From Lingula anatina (taxonomy: Eukaryota; Animalia; Brachiopoda), in assembly GCA_051362555.1 (NCBI GenBank), contig CM120640.1, positions 58,506,788-58,570,787 of the forward strand: a DNA stretch of 64,000 bases, in the 5' to 3' direction. The position numbers were made by a program, and so were the translations under genes. Shown piece after piece: positions 53,701 to 64,000 of this stretch (its first letter is position 1; every line of letters starts with the position of its first letter). Under the pieces are notes generated by a model that saw only the letters and a list, made by a program, of their open reading frames with translations, had not been told where the DNA came from and made no database searches.

Positions 53701-56700
53701 TGCCACTCAGAGTGCATTTAGTACTGTCTCTGCTACCAAGGGGGCAGAGGAGAGGTAAGACCTTTTTTACATACGTATACAGATCTCTCAATAGAACTTT
53801 CTTCTATATAGAATATTTCACACTATGGAATGATATTTGAAGTGTGCAGTTTTGTACAAACAGTCTATATTATAGCTATGTAAATTTTATTAGGCTGAAA
53901 CATAAACAAATACTTCCACTGTATGTTTTTATAATGTATGTTTTTAGAAATCAATATTATCATTGTGCAAGCTGGTATTGCACTGACGTCCTGTAGTATA
54001 TTAGAATCTTATGCTTCAACATACTAATGTACACAATCAAAAAATGTTTCATTTACAGTGAATGAAATTTCAAAATATTAGGGTGGTAACAGAATATAAT
54101 TGTTCAAATAACTTTGAATTTACATTCAGTCCTATGCTTAAGCGAACTGTAGTCAGTATATCATTGGCCTTACTGTATGCCTTACTGTAAGCATGAATTT
54201 TCCATTCATTACTTAAGCTGTGGCATGCTAAATCAGAATTATGTGATAATTAACATTTACTCCTGCCCATGATATGCTCTTCTCTGCCATGTTCAGCTAA
54301 ATGCTATTTACTCCAATACCAGGCCACCATTGAGGAAATGGCTGATGGAGGGAGACTTCTTTATTGGTGCTGCCCTGGCCAACACCCTCACTAAGCTTGC
54401 TTTGAGATACACCCAGGTTGTCACAGAACCGAGGAGACAAAATGTAAGAATTCTGGAGCAAGTTTTCAATGTTATAAAACCAAAAATAGATTTAAACAGC
54501 ATTTGCTGTATATAAGCATTTTCTTTGTTTTCCAAAGTAAACTGATAAATTGGGGAACTTGTCTTAATGAAAGTTTTCAAAAGTTGAGGTATTTTGTGTT
54601 TGAGTGAGTGAGTGTTTTATCATCATTGCCTAAGTTGCAGACTGAATTCATGACTATTTGTCTTTGTTTTGTTTTTATTTTCCAGTCATTTGTAGCAGAG
54701 TGCATGCTGATTATGTCTACTATTATTCACTTGGGGAAATCTGGCCTTTCTACTCTGGTAAGACAATATGTTCTATAAAAATGTCATGCATTTTATATTA
54801 TCTAGAAAAAAAAACATTTGAGAATATACTGCACATGAGAATTTCTTATCTATTTATTATGTTGTAGTAACTGCAATTTTAGGCTAATTCTAATTGAACA
54901 CATCAACAAGCATTGGATTGGCTTCTAGTTTTGAGAGACTTTTTGTTTGAAATTACATTTTGCAGTGTTCATTGTAGCTAAATATGTTTTCTACATTTAA
55001 GCCCATCAATGATGATGCCCTGGATCGCATTGCCCTGTGTTTGAAAGTGCTTTCTGAGAGATCCCCCAAGATGTACGAGATCTTCAACCAGCTGTGCAGA
55101 GAATCCTTGTCAGGCATGCTGGCTGCCAAGGCAGAAGATGAGAGGCTCACACAAAAGGTACTGTAATGTTTTCTTCCAGGAAGAAGGACAAGGGAATTAT
55201 ACCGATATAATTTCCTGGAAGGACCAAGGCTCTTTAACTAGTGTATCTAGTAAATGTTACAAGTGCTATGAATCCTGAGTGATAATTTTTAGCATGTTTT
55301 ATCATATTTGAAGATTTAAGGCTAGTTGATTTATGCTATAAATGTTTTATTTAAACATTTTCTAATCATTTAAAGAAAATGACAGGTTGTCCCAATTTCT
55401 AGACCTTCTATTGCAATATTTTCATTTCTAGGCATCTGAATCTAAAACTGTGAAGATTCAAGCTGATGATCCCATCAGCTTCATTCAGTTGGCTGCTAAG
55501 AATGAATTTGGAACCACAGAGGTATACCTATTCTTTTACAATCCATAAACTTAATACTATGTCAGGAGAAATAGTCAGTTTCTGAATAATAATAATAATA
55601 ATAGACTAGTTTTGTCCGCATAGATTGATTATCACATTTGTGTAAAATAGTAACATATACATACTAAAATATGTTTAACAAGTTTCTTATCCTCATTAAC
55701 TAGTTTTTGTTGAAAAAATTTTAGAACATGTTTGAGCTGACCATGTCCCAGGCCTTAGGCACTGTACCTGGAAAGAAAGAAACAGACCCACTATTGTCAT
55801 CAAAACTGAACAAGGTAAGACATTGGATTTTTTGTTTGCTATTGATTTTTACCTGAGTTTTACTTTCACTTTCTCATAGCATTGAATTAGAGATAATTGT
55901 ACCACCAGCGTTAGCGCTGGCGGTACACATGGTTTTAGTTCCGTCCGGTCCGTTCCGCCAGCTCAGCCGGCTCCGCCGGCTCCGCCACCATGTTACCGTT
56001 ACCGCTTCTCCTCATAGACGGTAAGGGCCCCCATACCCATCTCTTGGATTTAGGTCACCTATAATCTCAACTCGTTCCACGTAAAATTTGGGCTTTGTCG
56101 GTATTGGGGTCTAGGTGTGGCACTCATTGCAATGCACCCTTGTCCAAAAATGGCAAAATTAAATGCTAATTATCTACCCTACGGAAGGAATTATGGGAAA
56201 AATTTCTACAGATGGCTTTCCAAAAGTCATATGTGTAGATTTCAAATATGCCCTTGGATTTGACCTTTGACCTTTATTTCAAGGTCAAACGGGCAAAAAT
56301 TTTCAAAAAAATGAATTTTTTTTCGAAAAAAAATTTATTTGCGCTGTTATTCAGACACCACACAGACTTAACCAATAATATTATTGGAAAATGTTACCCT
56401 TCAGGTCATCTTTCATCTGTGTGAATTTGGGGTCAATCGGTGCATTTTCACAGGTGTAGCGGCCATAAGATACCGAAACTGAAAACTGTCTTTAATTCGG
56501 GAACCATTAATGCTAGAGACCCATTCTTTTTTGCATTTTGTAGAGCATGTAAAGCCCAACACTGGAGGTGGTCTCCGTTTTTTTGTATTCCATACGGTTT
56601 TCGAGTTACGCTGTATCAAAAAGTACATATTGGTGGTGAAAGCAAAATGTGCAGTACGGTAATGGATAATAAATTTTGAACTCCGGAAAAATAAAACATT

Positions 56701-59700
56701 AGGCTTGGCAAAGCAGACAACTTGTGGTCAAAAATGACATTATTTCATAAAATTTGAACATCTGGAACTTCAGAGCACCTCCCATTTCAAGAATTTTGAC
56801 CAAAATGACCTTTTCTTTATTTTAATTAATTTTTTCTGTAGGACATTTATGGCACATTATGGTAACTCCGAAATTATAACATTTAGTCCCTTATATCTCC
56901 AAAACTGGCAGAGATAGGTCCATAGTTACTATTGAAGTTGAATAGGAAGTCATGTACTGGCAATCTTACTGTGACCTTGAAATTGACCTTTGACCTACTT
57001 TTCACCATGAACTGAACTTTGCAAATTTTGCCTCCCTTTTATCTCCAAAACTGGCAGAGATAGGTTCATAGTTACTATTGAACTTGAATAGGAAGTCATA
57101 TACTGGCAATCTTACTGTGACCTTGAAATTGAGCTTTGACCTACTTTTCACCATGAACTGAACTTTGCAAATTTTGCCTCCCTTTTATCTCCAAAACTGG
57201 CAGAGATAGGTCCATAGTTTCTATTGAACTTGAATATGAAGTCATATACTGGCAATCTAAATGTGATCTTGAAATTGACCTTTGACCTGCTTTTCACCAT
57301 GAACTGAACTTTGGAAATTTTGCTTCCCTTTTATCTCCAAAACTAGCAGAGATAGGTCCATAGTTACTATTGAAGTTGAATAGGAAGTCATATACTGGCA
57401 ATCTAAATGTGACCTTAAAATTGACCTTTGACCTACTTTTCACCATGAACTGAACTTTGCAAATTTTGCTTCCCTTTTATCTCCAAAACTGGCAGTGATA
57501 GGTCCATAGTTACTATTGAAGTTGAATAGGAAGTCATATACTGGCAATCTAAATGTGACCTTGAAATTGACCTTTGACCTACTTTTTACCATGAATTGAA
57601 CTTTGCAAATTTTGGTTCCCTTTTATCTCCAAAACTGGCAGAGATAGGTCCATAGTTACTATTGAACTTGAATAGGAAGTCATATACTGGCAATCTAAAT
57701 GTGACCTTGAAATTGACCTTTGACCTACTTTTTATCATGAATTGAACTTTGCAAATTTTGGTTCCCTTTTATTTCCAAAACTAGCGAGATAGGTCCATAG
57801 TTACTATTGAACTTGAATAGGAAGTCATATACTGGCAATCTAAGTGTGACCTTGAAATTGACCTTTGACCTACTTATAATCATGAACTGAACTCTGCTAA
57901 TTTCTTTCTCTTTTAACTCCAAACCTGGCAGAGATAGGTCCATAGTTACTATTGAAGTTAAATAGGAAGTCACATACTGGAAATTTACTGTGACCTTGAA
58001 ATTGACCTTTGACCTACCTTACAATGAACTTAAATTTGATTGTACTATTTTAAGTTATATATATTTTTTGCGTATTTTTAAAATTCTTGTTGATTGCATT
58101 TTTACAGCTTGTCAAGCATAAGACTAGTGGCTGTGTCCCTTATTTTGCGTATGTGGGGGTCTATATGAATGCGCTTGCTCCAGCTGGTGGTACAATATTC
58201 GGAGGCGGTATCGCCTCTCTGATCCTCTAGTTTATTGTGGATTTCACCAAAGGGGAAATTCATTATCAGGGTTGTGTGGAATGTTGTTATTATTACAAAA
58301 TAATAAGATAAATATAAAATATATATAAAATATAAATAAATATAAAAAAGTGACTAATATCATTCCTTGTCATATGCTTTAGGTGACCCAGTTGACGGGA
58401 TTCTCTGACCCAGTGTATGCTGAGGCATACGTCCATGTCAACCAGTATGACATAGTGTTAGATGTCCTCATTGTCAACCAGACTTCTGACACTCTCCAGA
58501 ATCTGACACTGGAACTGGCAACACTTGGTAGGGGGTACATTTCCGCTTTTGTCATACTTTGTGATACTTAAAACATTTTATTAATGTGTGTTTTTAAATT
58601 GAAACAGGGAACTCTTGATAAGGTCTCTCATTATTGTTCAATCATGTTCTAGGTCTTTGGATATTTTTGCTGTGCATGCATTTGCAAGTATGCACACTTC
58701 ATAGTAAAATTTAAGTCTTTTTAATATGTTTTAACCAGTAGGTTTTCATATTTATTGAAGGAATAGAAATTCTTCATTTCCACAGGACCCTATGCTGCTG
58801 TTTTTTTTTTCAACTTAAATTTACCCTTCCTTTTTTCCTTATAATATACAAACTTTGTGGCATATTTGTTCCAGTGTCCAACTGCAACCAGATAAACCCC
58901 TGTACCATCAGCATATTAATAGATATTAGAATGTTTTAAAACTTGCACTTTTAGGCATATGTATAGTGAATGTTTTTTTTTTCGTTTGTAGAAATGATTA
59001 AGACTTGCATGGCACTTCTCCAACTATAACTTAAAACTATTTTAAAATTCTGAAAGAAAAAAGAAAAGAATAACTTATCACCTTAATTAGTGCTCTTTGA
59101 TATGTATGGATTCCCATGATAGCATATTGAACAATGATGCATGTTGAACATAATGGAATTATTTTAGATTTGCATAGATCCTTAATGAATACCATTTTTG
59201 CCCAAATTGAATGGGGTTCTTTTAATGGGAGCAGCATTGTTGCCATCTCCCGTTCTAGTATCCACCAATTGACTTTGCTATTTAATTATGCTAAAATATT
59301 TATTTGATTCAGGTGATCTTAAACTGGTTGAAAAACCACAGCCGGTGACTATGGGTGCACATGATTTCTGCAACATCAAGGCCAACGTTAAAGTAGCCTC
59401 CACTGAAAATGGAATCATCTTTGGAAACATTGGTAAGTATGTTCACAAGCAAAAACAAGAACTGTGATATTGTGGACATGTGCATGTTTAAATGGATAAC
59501 AAATCTTTGTATGAAATTCATGTTTCACAATCAATACATTGTGAATAACTTAAATAAATATATTTGAGCTCCGTGTTTCACAATAAATGCATTGTAAATA
59601 ACACATTCTCTTTTACCACCAAAATGGCAGTTATCAGAATTATTTTGGGATCTGTCTGTGCCATCAGACCACTAACTTTCATAGATGACTATACTCAGTA

Positions 59701-62700
59701 ATAATCTCTTAAAAGATTATTTAAAAAAAACATGGACTAACTATGACTGTCAAAATGAATTCATTAACCAATGGCAAGTGTAGGAAAATTGTTTTTTACT
59801 CCAGGAAATCCAAATTTTCACTAAAATTAATTTATTATGTATTCAGATTTGACTTATAATCTGTAGATGACTTAAATGATAATTTTCCTTACTTAGTATA
59901 TGATGTGAGTGGAGCAGCCAGTGACCGCAACTGTGTAGTGCTGAATGACATCCATATAGACATTATGGACTACATAGTGCCTGCCTCGTGCACAGACACA
60001 GAATTCAGACAGATGTGGGCTGAGTTTGAGTGGGAAAACAAAGTCAGCGTCAACACTAATATATCTGATTTGAAAGAGTATCTGGAACACTTGATCAGCT
60101 CAACCAACATGAAATGTCTCACACCTGAAAAGGTAAACTTGGGCTTCAAAATATCATGTACTTCAGGAAATTGGTAAATCCTGTTTGTTTGCAGGTAAAG
60201 GTTGGTATGTGGTATTATGAAACCGTATATTGTAGTAAGTGGGTGGCAGTTTGTTTTCACTGATATTGCTGTCATCATTTTAAGTAATGACATTATGCAT
60301 ATTGACTGCAAACCCCCAAAATTGATTTATATTTGATACATATTTTTCTGTTCTTGGCTTTATTCAACATAATAGTTATAGACAATGGTTTTATTATTAC
60401 TCCCAGTTAAAGTACCATGTTAAGTAATCCATTATATAAAAAGCACTAACTTGGCATCTAGTAGCAGGGCTCGGCATAAGGCACCGCCCGATTGTCCGGG
60501 ACAACAAAAAATTCTGATCGGACAAGTAAATTTCAAAGTTACCCGCCCGACGGGACAAGTGGTTTAAAAATAAGCTTATACTCTGTAAACAAGAGAAAAC
60601 TGGTTATGACACATATTAAATGTAACTAAGAATGAAATAAATTAATTTCACTTAAAAAAGCGTTGAAATTGAACCACAAAGGTTGCGTTACTTGCGTATC
60701 CGTGTACTCTACGCATTCCGACGTCTATGAATGATCGGTGTGCATTTCTCACCCACTCGCAATCCGGTCTCAACCGGGTCACAATCGATACACGTGTTAC
60801 ACGATGCTGAAGTTACAGCCGAGCACAAACCAGCTACCTGGTAAAGCCAGCAAGCGACCGAACAGCAGCAATGAAGATAATAAAAAGGAATGGGAGGGGA
60901 AAAGGTGAGAAAGTTTCTTGAAAGCTGGAAAAGTAAATGGCCCTTGTTGGAGCACGATTGGTCAGCCATGTTCTGTGCAACCTGCAGGAGGTTTCTGGAC
61001 TTAGCAGACATGAAAGCTTCTCAAGTCATTTCTTAAATCTATGAAACATTTTATGTAAGAGACATCCTTCCATATTTATTGACTTAAACAGTTATTGAGT
61101 GTAAAGTTTCCATTTTATTTTGAACGCCAAAATGCGAAAATCTATGCCATCGTAAAAACAACTACAGTACGTGACAGTAGTCACTATCAGTTCTTGAGAT
61201 ATTTAAACATTAACGCCCGTACGTTTTTAGCTTTTTCTTGTGTTTCATCTTATTAGTTCATAGATCAGTTTTGTACACTATTTAGTCCGTTTTGATAATA
61301 AATTCAGCTTGTCCAGTTGGCGACTCAAATACCCTGAGCTTCAAGCCAGTTGCGGGTTTTTATTCGCGTTTTAAACTTTATACTGGTCGCCATCATTACT
61401 TACCCGCATATTGGGCCAAGATAGCGGTAAGAATAAATTCACAAGACTGAAGACAAGACTTAAGAATAAATTCTGAGTCTGAAGCTCAGGGTACAACTCA
61501 AAGGAAAGTTATGCACATTTTTTGTCTATCATGACCTTATCACTGTTAAAACTACCTTAATCAGCAACATATGATATAGTATTTTTAAAGTCTAAACAAA
61601 TATCCCTCAAATTGTCATAATCTTTAAGGTGATGATTTTTTTTTCTTATTTTTAGATCTTCATCAATGTACCTTGGAACCCAAGCCTTTAGGTGTGATGG
61701 CTTTCCTGCACATGAACAAAGTAAACAGCACATTAAGTGTTTTGGTGCAGCCCGAGTAGCAACTGCAATTTCAGTTTCATTTGTTAAAAATGCTGGTCAT
61801 TACAAAAAAAGTCGGCATTGAGTCTTAGCATTAAAACACTTTTTGTTGAGTGTCTATATATTTGCCAGCTTTGCTGTTTAGTTGAAACACAGAATTGAAC
61901 AAAATCTTAGAAGTAATACTGATATCTCTTTGCAATTTATTTCATTTTTGCAATCACAGTGCCAGGGTTCATTATTAACACATAAATGACTTACCACCCA
62001 GATTATGTCCTTAATCTCAGAACTTTCCACCTGGTTATATCATGAACCTCTGTTTTAATCACACTTCATTATGTCATGAAACTCTGTAATCAGAGTATTA
62101 TTAGCAGTTTAATTTAATCTAATGTTTAGCTATTTAGTTAGGCATATGCATGTATAAGTATAAAAGTAAATTGGGGAAAAGTATGTAAGATAGACAAAAG
62201 AGAGATGAACAGTATGGGAGAGAAATAAACATGAGATAGAAAACGTTAGACTCCTGTTGTTATATTCCCTCTCCCTGGACATCGGGCAAGTAGAAATCAC
62301 AACCGGACAACCAAAATTTTTGTCAACTTGTCCGGTGGACAACAACTCCAAAAAAAGTTATGCCAAGCCCTGTCTAGGATGTAAATGCAGCATGCTTTTG
62401 AAGTCTTCCACCAAGAACTATTTCACCTTTATGGTAGCAATTTTAACATGCACAGTATTCAAATTTTTTTTTATTTTCAAGTGAAAATGAAAACACTTAT
62501 CCCTGTTGATACAAATTCATCTCTGCATTTACCAAGTGTTTGAGATCATGGCCATAGGCTTAGTCAAACTTCTCATTGCAATTACAGTAATTGAAGTTGA
62601 TTAAAACAATTGGATACAATGCTTGTTTCTTTCAGGCTTTGGATGGAGAGTGTGGTTTCATGGCTGCTAATATGTATGCTAAATCTATATTTGGAGAGAG

Positions 62701-63070
62701 TGCTCTTGCCAACATCAGTGTTGAGAAACCAGCTCAGCCTGATGCCCCAGTGACTGGACACATACGAATTAGAGCAAAAAGTCAGGTAAATATATGAGGA
62801 ACAATAGAAAACTTTTTTTCATAATTTCATTTCCCTTTTTGGCAATAAACTTATTCTTGCATTTTAAGGCATTTTGTATGTTGAAAATCAACTGTTTTAA
62901 CTTATAGATAGTTTCACCCAGTTATATTACCAGAATTTATATCTAAGTTACACATTTTGTTGAAAAAATCATATGCACTGATTTCTTTTCATTTGCAGGG
63001 TATGGCATTGAGTTTAGGAGATAAAATCAACCTTTCACAGAAAAAGCAGCTCAAACCTCAAGGGATGTAG
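38702..63070 (+). CDS. COPB1: Coatomer subunit beta (beta-COP), 957 aa, 23 coding exons
   Basis: Exons 38702-38792, 39069-39298, 39461-39630, 49907-50021, 50299-50391, 50554-50691, 51408-51527, 51804-51911, 52156-52302, 52630-52775, 53107-53203, 53429-53483, 53643-53754, 54323-54443, 54686-54757, 55002-55157, 55432-55521, 55725-55814, 58383-58527, 59313-59432, 59897-60132, 62636-62785, 62999-63070; all phases consistent. Hallmarks [87 protein letters not shown] at 63147. Confidence 0.97.
40625..43716 (-). CDS. PHYHIPL: PHYHIP-like protein (PHYHIP C-terminal domain plus divergent beta-rich N-terminal modules), nested antisense in a COPB1 intron; about 398 aa
   Basis: Exons 43447-43716 (acceptor boundary at 43736, so an upstream exon exists), 42116-42389 and 40625-41277, with consistent phases. 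Motifs [33 protein letters not shown]...[24 protein letters not shown]. The symbol is family-level only. Confidence 0.85.
44444..44632. mobile_element. 189-bp Tourist/PIF-Harbinger-like MITE with TTA TSD
   Basis: TIR tgcccctatttca / tgaaatatgggca. TTA at 44441-44443 and 44633-44635. The paralogous copy has an empty site with a single TTA at 47662-47664. Confidence 0.85.
45567..46260. repeat. Degenerate higher-order repeat built on GGGAGATCGTTCGCGA-containing subunits
   Basis: gagatcgttc(g/a)c recurs many times. Two larger units of about 350 bp each end in tta..ttaaacccctcc (~45860 and ~46218). Confidence 0.7.
46564..47110. mobile_element. 547-bp TIR insertion, probably at a TA site
   Basis: Termini agggtagggaatacc and ggtattctctaccctg. 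The duplicate shows the empty site ggaaaatg|tacctgt at ~49030. Confidence 0.75.
49142..49219. repeat. 39-bp perfect tandem duplication
   Basis: aacacattgcagtctgtaaaagagtctatgtaaaaatag occurs twice. Confidence 0.9.
55897..58231 (+). mobile_element. Non-autonomous Helentron/HINE-like rolling-circle element with internal tandem array
   Basis: Subterminal inverted repeat ttgtaccaccagc (55897-55909) / gctggtggtacaa (58183-58195). 5' hairpin ccagcgttagcgctgg, a ccgt/ccgc microsatellite-like tract, 3' hairpin gaggcggtatcgcctc (58202-58217), and CTAG followed by T's at the end. Confidence 0.8.
56895..58030. repeat. 146-bp tandem array, about 7.8 copies
   Basis: ctccaaaact starts at 56897, 57043, 57189, 57335, 57481 and 57627, with variants at ~57773 and 57917. 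Confidence 0.95.
60465..62372 (+). mobile_element. Internally deleted hAT transposon with TTF-type zinc-finger (ZNF862-like) transposase remnant
   Basis: TIR cagggctcggcataa / ttatgccaagccctg, repeated subterminal ggacaa(g/c) motifs, and degenerate 8-bp flanks tctagtag / tctaggat. Remnants [29 protein letters not shown] (~60908-60994) and [22 protein letters not shown] (~61675-61740). Confidence 0.8.
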
Positions 63071-63312
63071 AGCAAGATTGAACTGGAAATTTAGCTCTTG
63101 ATAGACTTTGCTACTGAAACCTTATAACATGCATTATCTTCAGTTTAATAAAGACATTGAGTTGATTAAGATTAAGACTAAAATGAGTCAAGTTATATCC
63201 TTATTACGGTTTATGAGTGATTAATTGTGTCTATGGTGTAAGAAAAAAATCTGTAACACATTTATATATGAATTAGATGGTTTGTATTGAATGCTTTGTA
63301 TTACAGTATTGG

Positions 63313-63468
63313 TACCCTCTACCTGATAGATAGATTTTTACGGATATTCACAGATATGTCTCTAGCTAGATAGATTGTCATTTTAAGCTCAAGTCATGAC
63401 AATCTATCTAGCTAGAGACATATCTGTGAATATCTGTAAAAATCTATCAGTCGCCCTGGTAGAGGGTA
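63313..63468. mobile_element. 156-bp palindromic MITE with 9-bp TSD
   Basis: Termini taccctctacc / ggtagagggta with near-perfect inner arms. cagtattgg at 63304-63312 and 63469-63477. Confidence 0.85.
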
Positions 63469-64000
63469 CAGTATTGGTATTAGCCTGTAGATAATTAAAT
63501 TACTGAACTTTAAATAGGGACTGGGAACTCAAATTATAATTACTGTTGTGTATGAATGTGTTTATCTTTAAAAATGTTTATCATCTGGACTGGAAATTGT
63601 TTATAGACAAAAACTATGATTACAAAAAATTAAATGTTCATTTTTAAGACTGATGGAGTGTTACATTTTCTTTAGTTATTATTATTACTATTATATGGTT
63701 ATGAGCAGATTTGAGGAGATGTAGGACAATCATCTACTTTTTAAAAGAAAATAAATTTCATGAATGTGGAAAGGCAGAGTATACAAGGAGGTAAAATTGA
63801 GCATAACATTTCTGTAAAATGATATTTCATGTGGCTGTTTAACATTTGTGCTCTTTTATTGTCTTCTGTCAACAGAAAATTTTTCTGAGCAGACCCTTTC
63901 TGATATAAGATTTGTGATACTGAAATAATGAACTCTGCAAAATTCATCCACTGAAAAGGAAGTTGGGGACAGTATCCCAGGAGTTCACCCTGAGCTTCAG

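Noticed and set aside
56895-58030. CRISPR-like array
   Set aside because: The units are near-identical over their full 146 bp with no unique spacers, there are no cas genes, and the context is a eukaryotic intron.

Overview
AT-rich animal genomic DNA with spliceosomal introns. The gene and repeat content suggests a lophotrochozoan, probably a mollusc (inference). Gene order: last exon of a GIT ArfGAP (+); an intronless, bacterial-type GT4 glycosyltransferase resembling cyanobacterial unidomain sucrose-phosphate synthases, with an apparent TATA promoter, heat-shock elements, 5'UTR intron and polyA signal (+); two tandem 3-exon AA15-type lytic polysaccharide monooxygenases (+); a 6-exon lipocalin (-); MGST3 (-), head-to-head with COPB1 (+, 23 coding exons); and a PHYHIP-like gene nested antisense in a 10 kb COPB1 intron. 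The introns hold many mobile elements: a 4.8 kb element with perfect 31-bp TIRs, a 7-bp TSD and two decayed convergent cargo ORFs (with a MULE-like element and a LINE fragment nested inside), a Helentron/HINE-like element with a 146-bp tandem array, a hAT remnant, a tRNA-derived SINE and several MITEs. The most striking candidate system is the apparently horizontally acquired, possibly stress-inducible SPS-like sugar synthase. All family assignments come from motif recognition by eye; no database searches were run.
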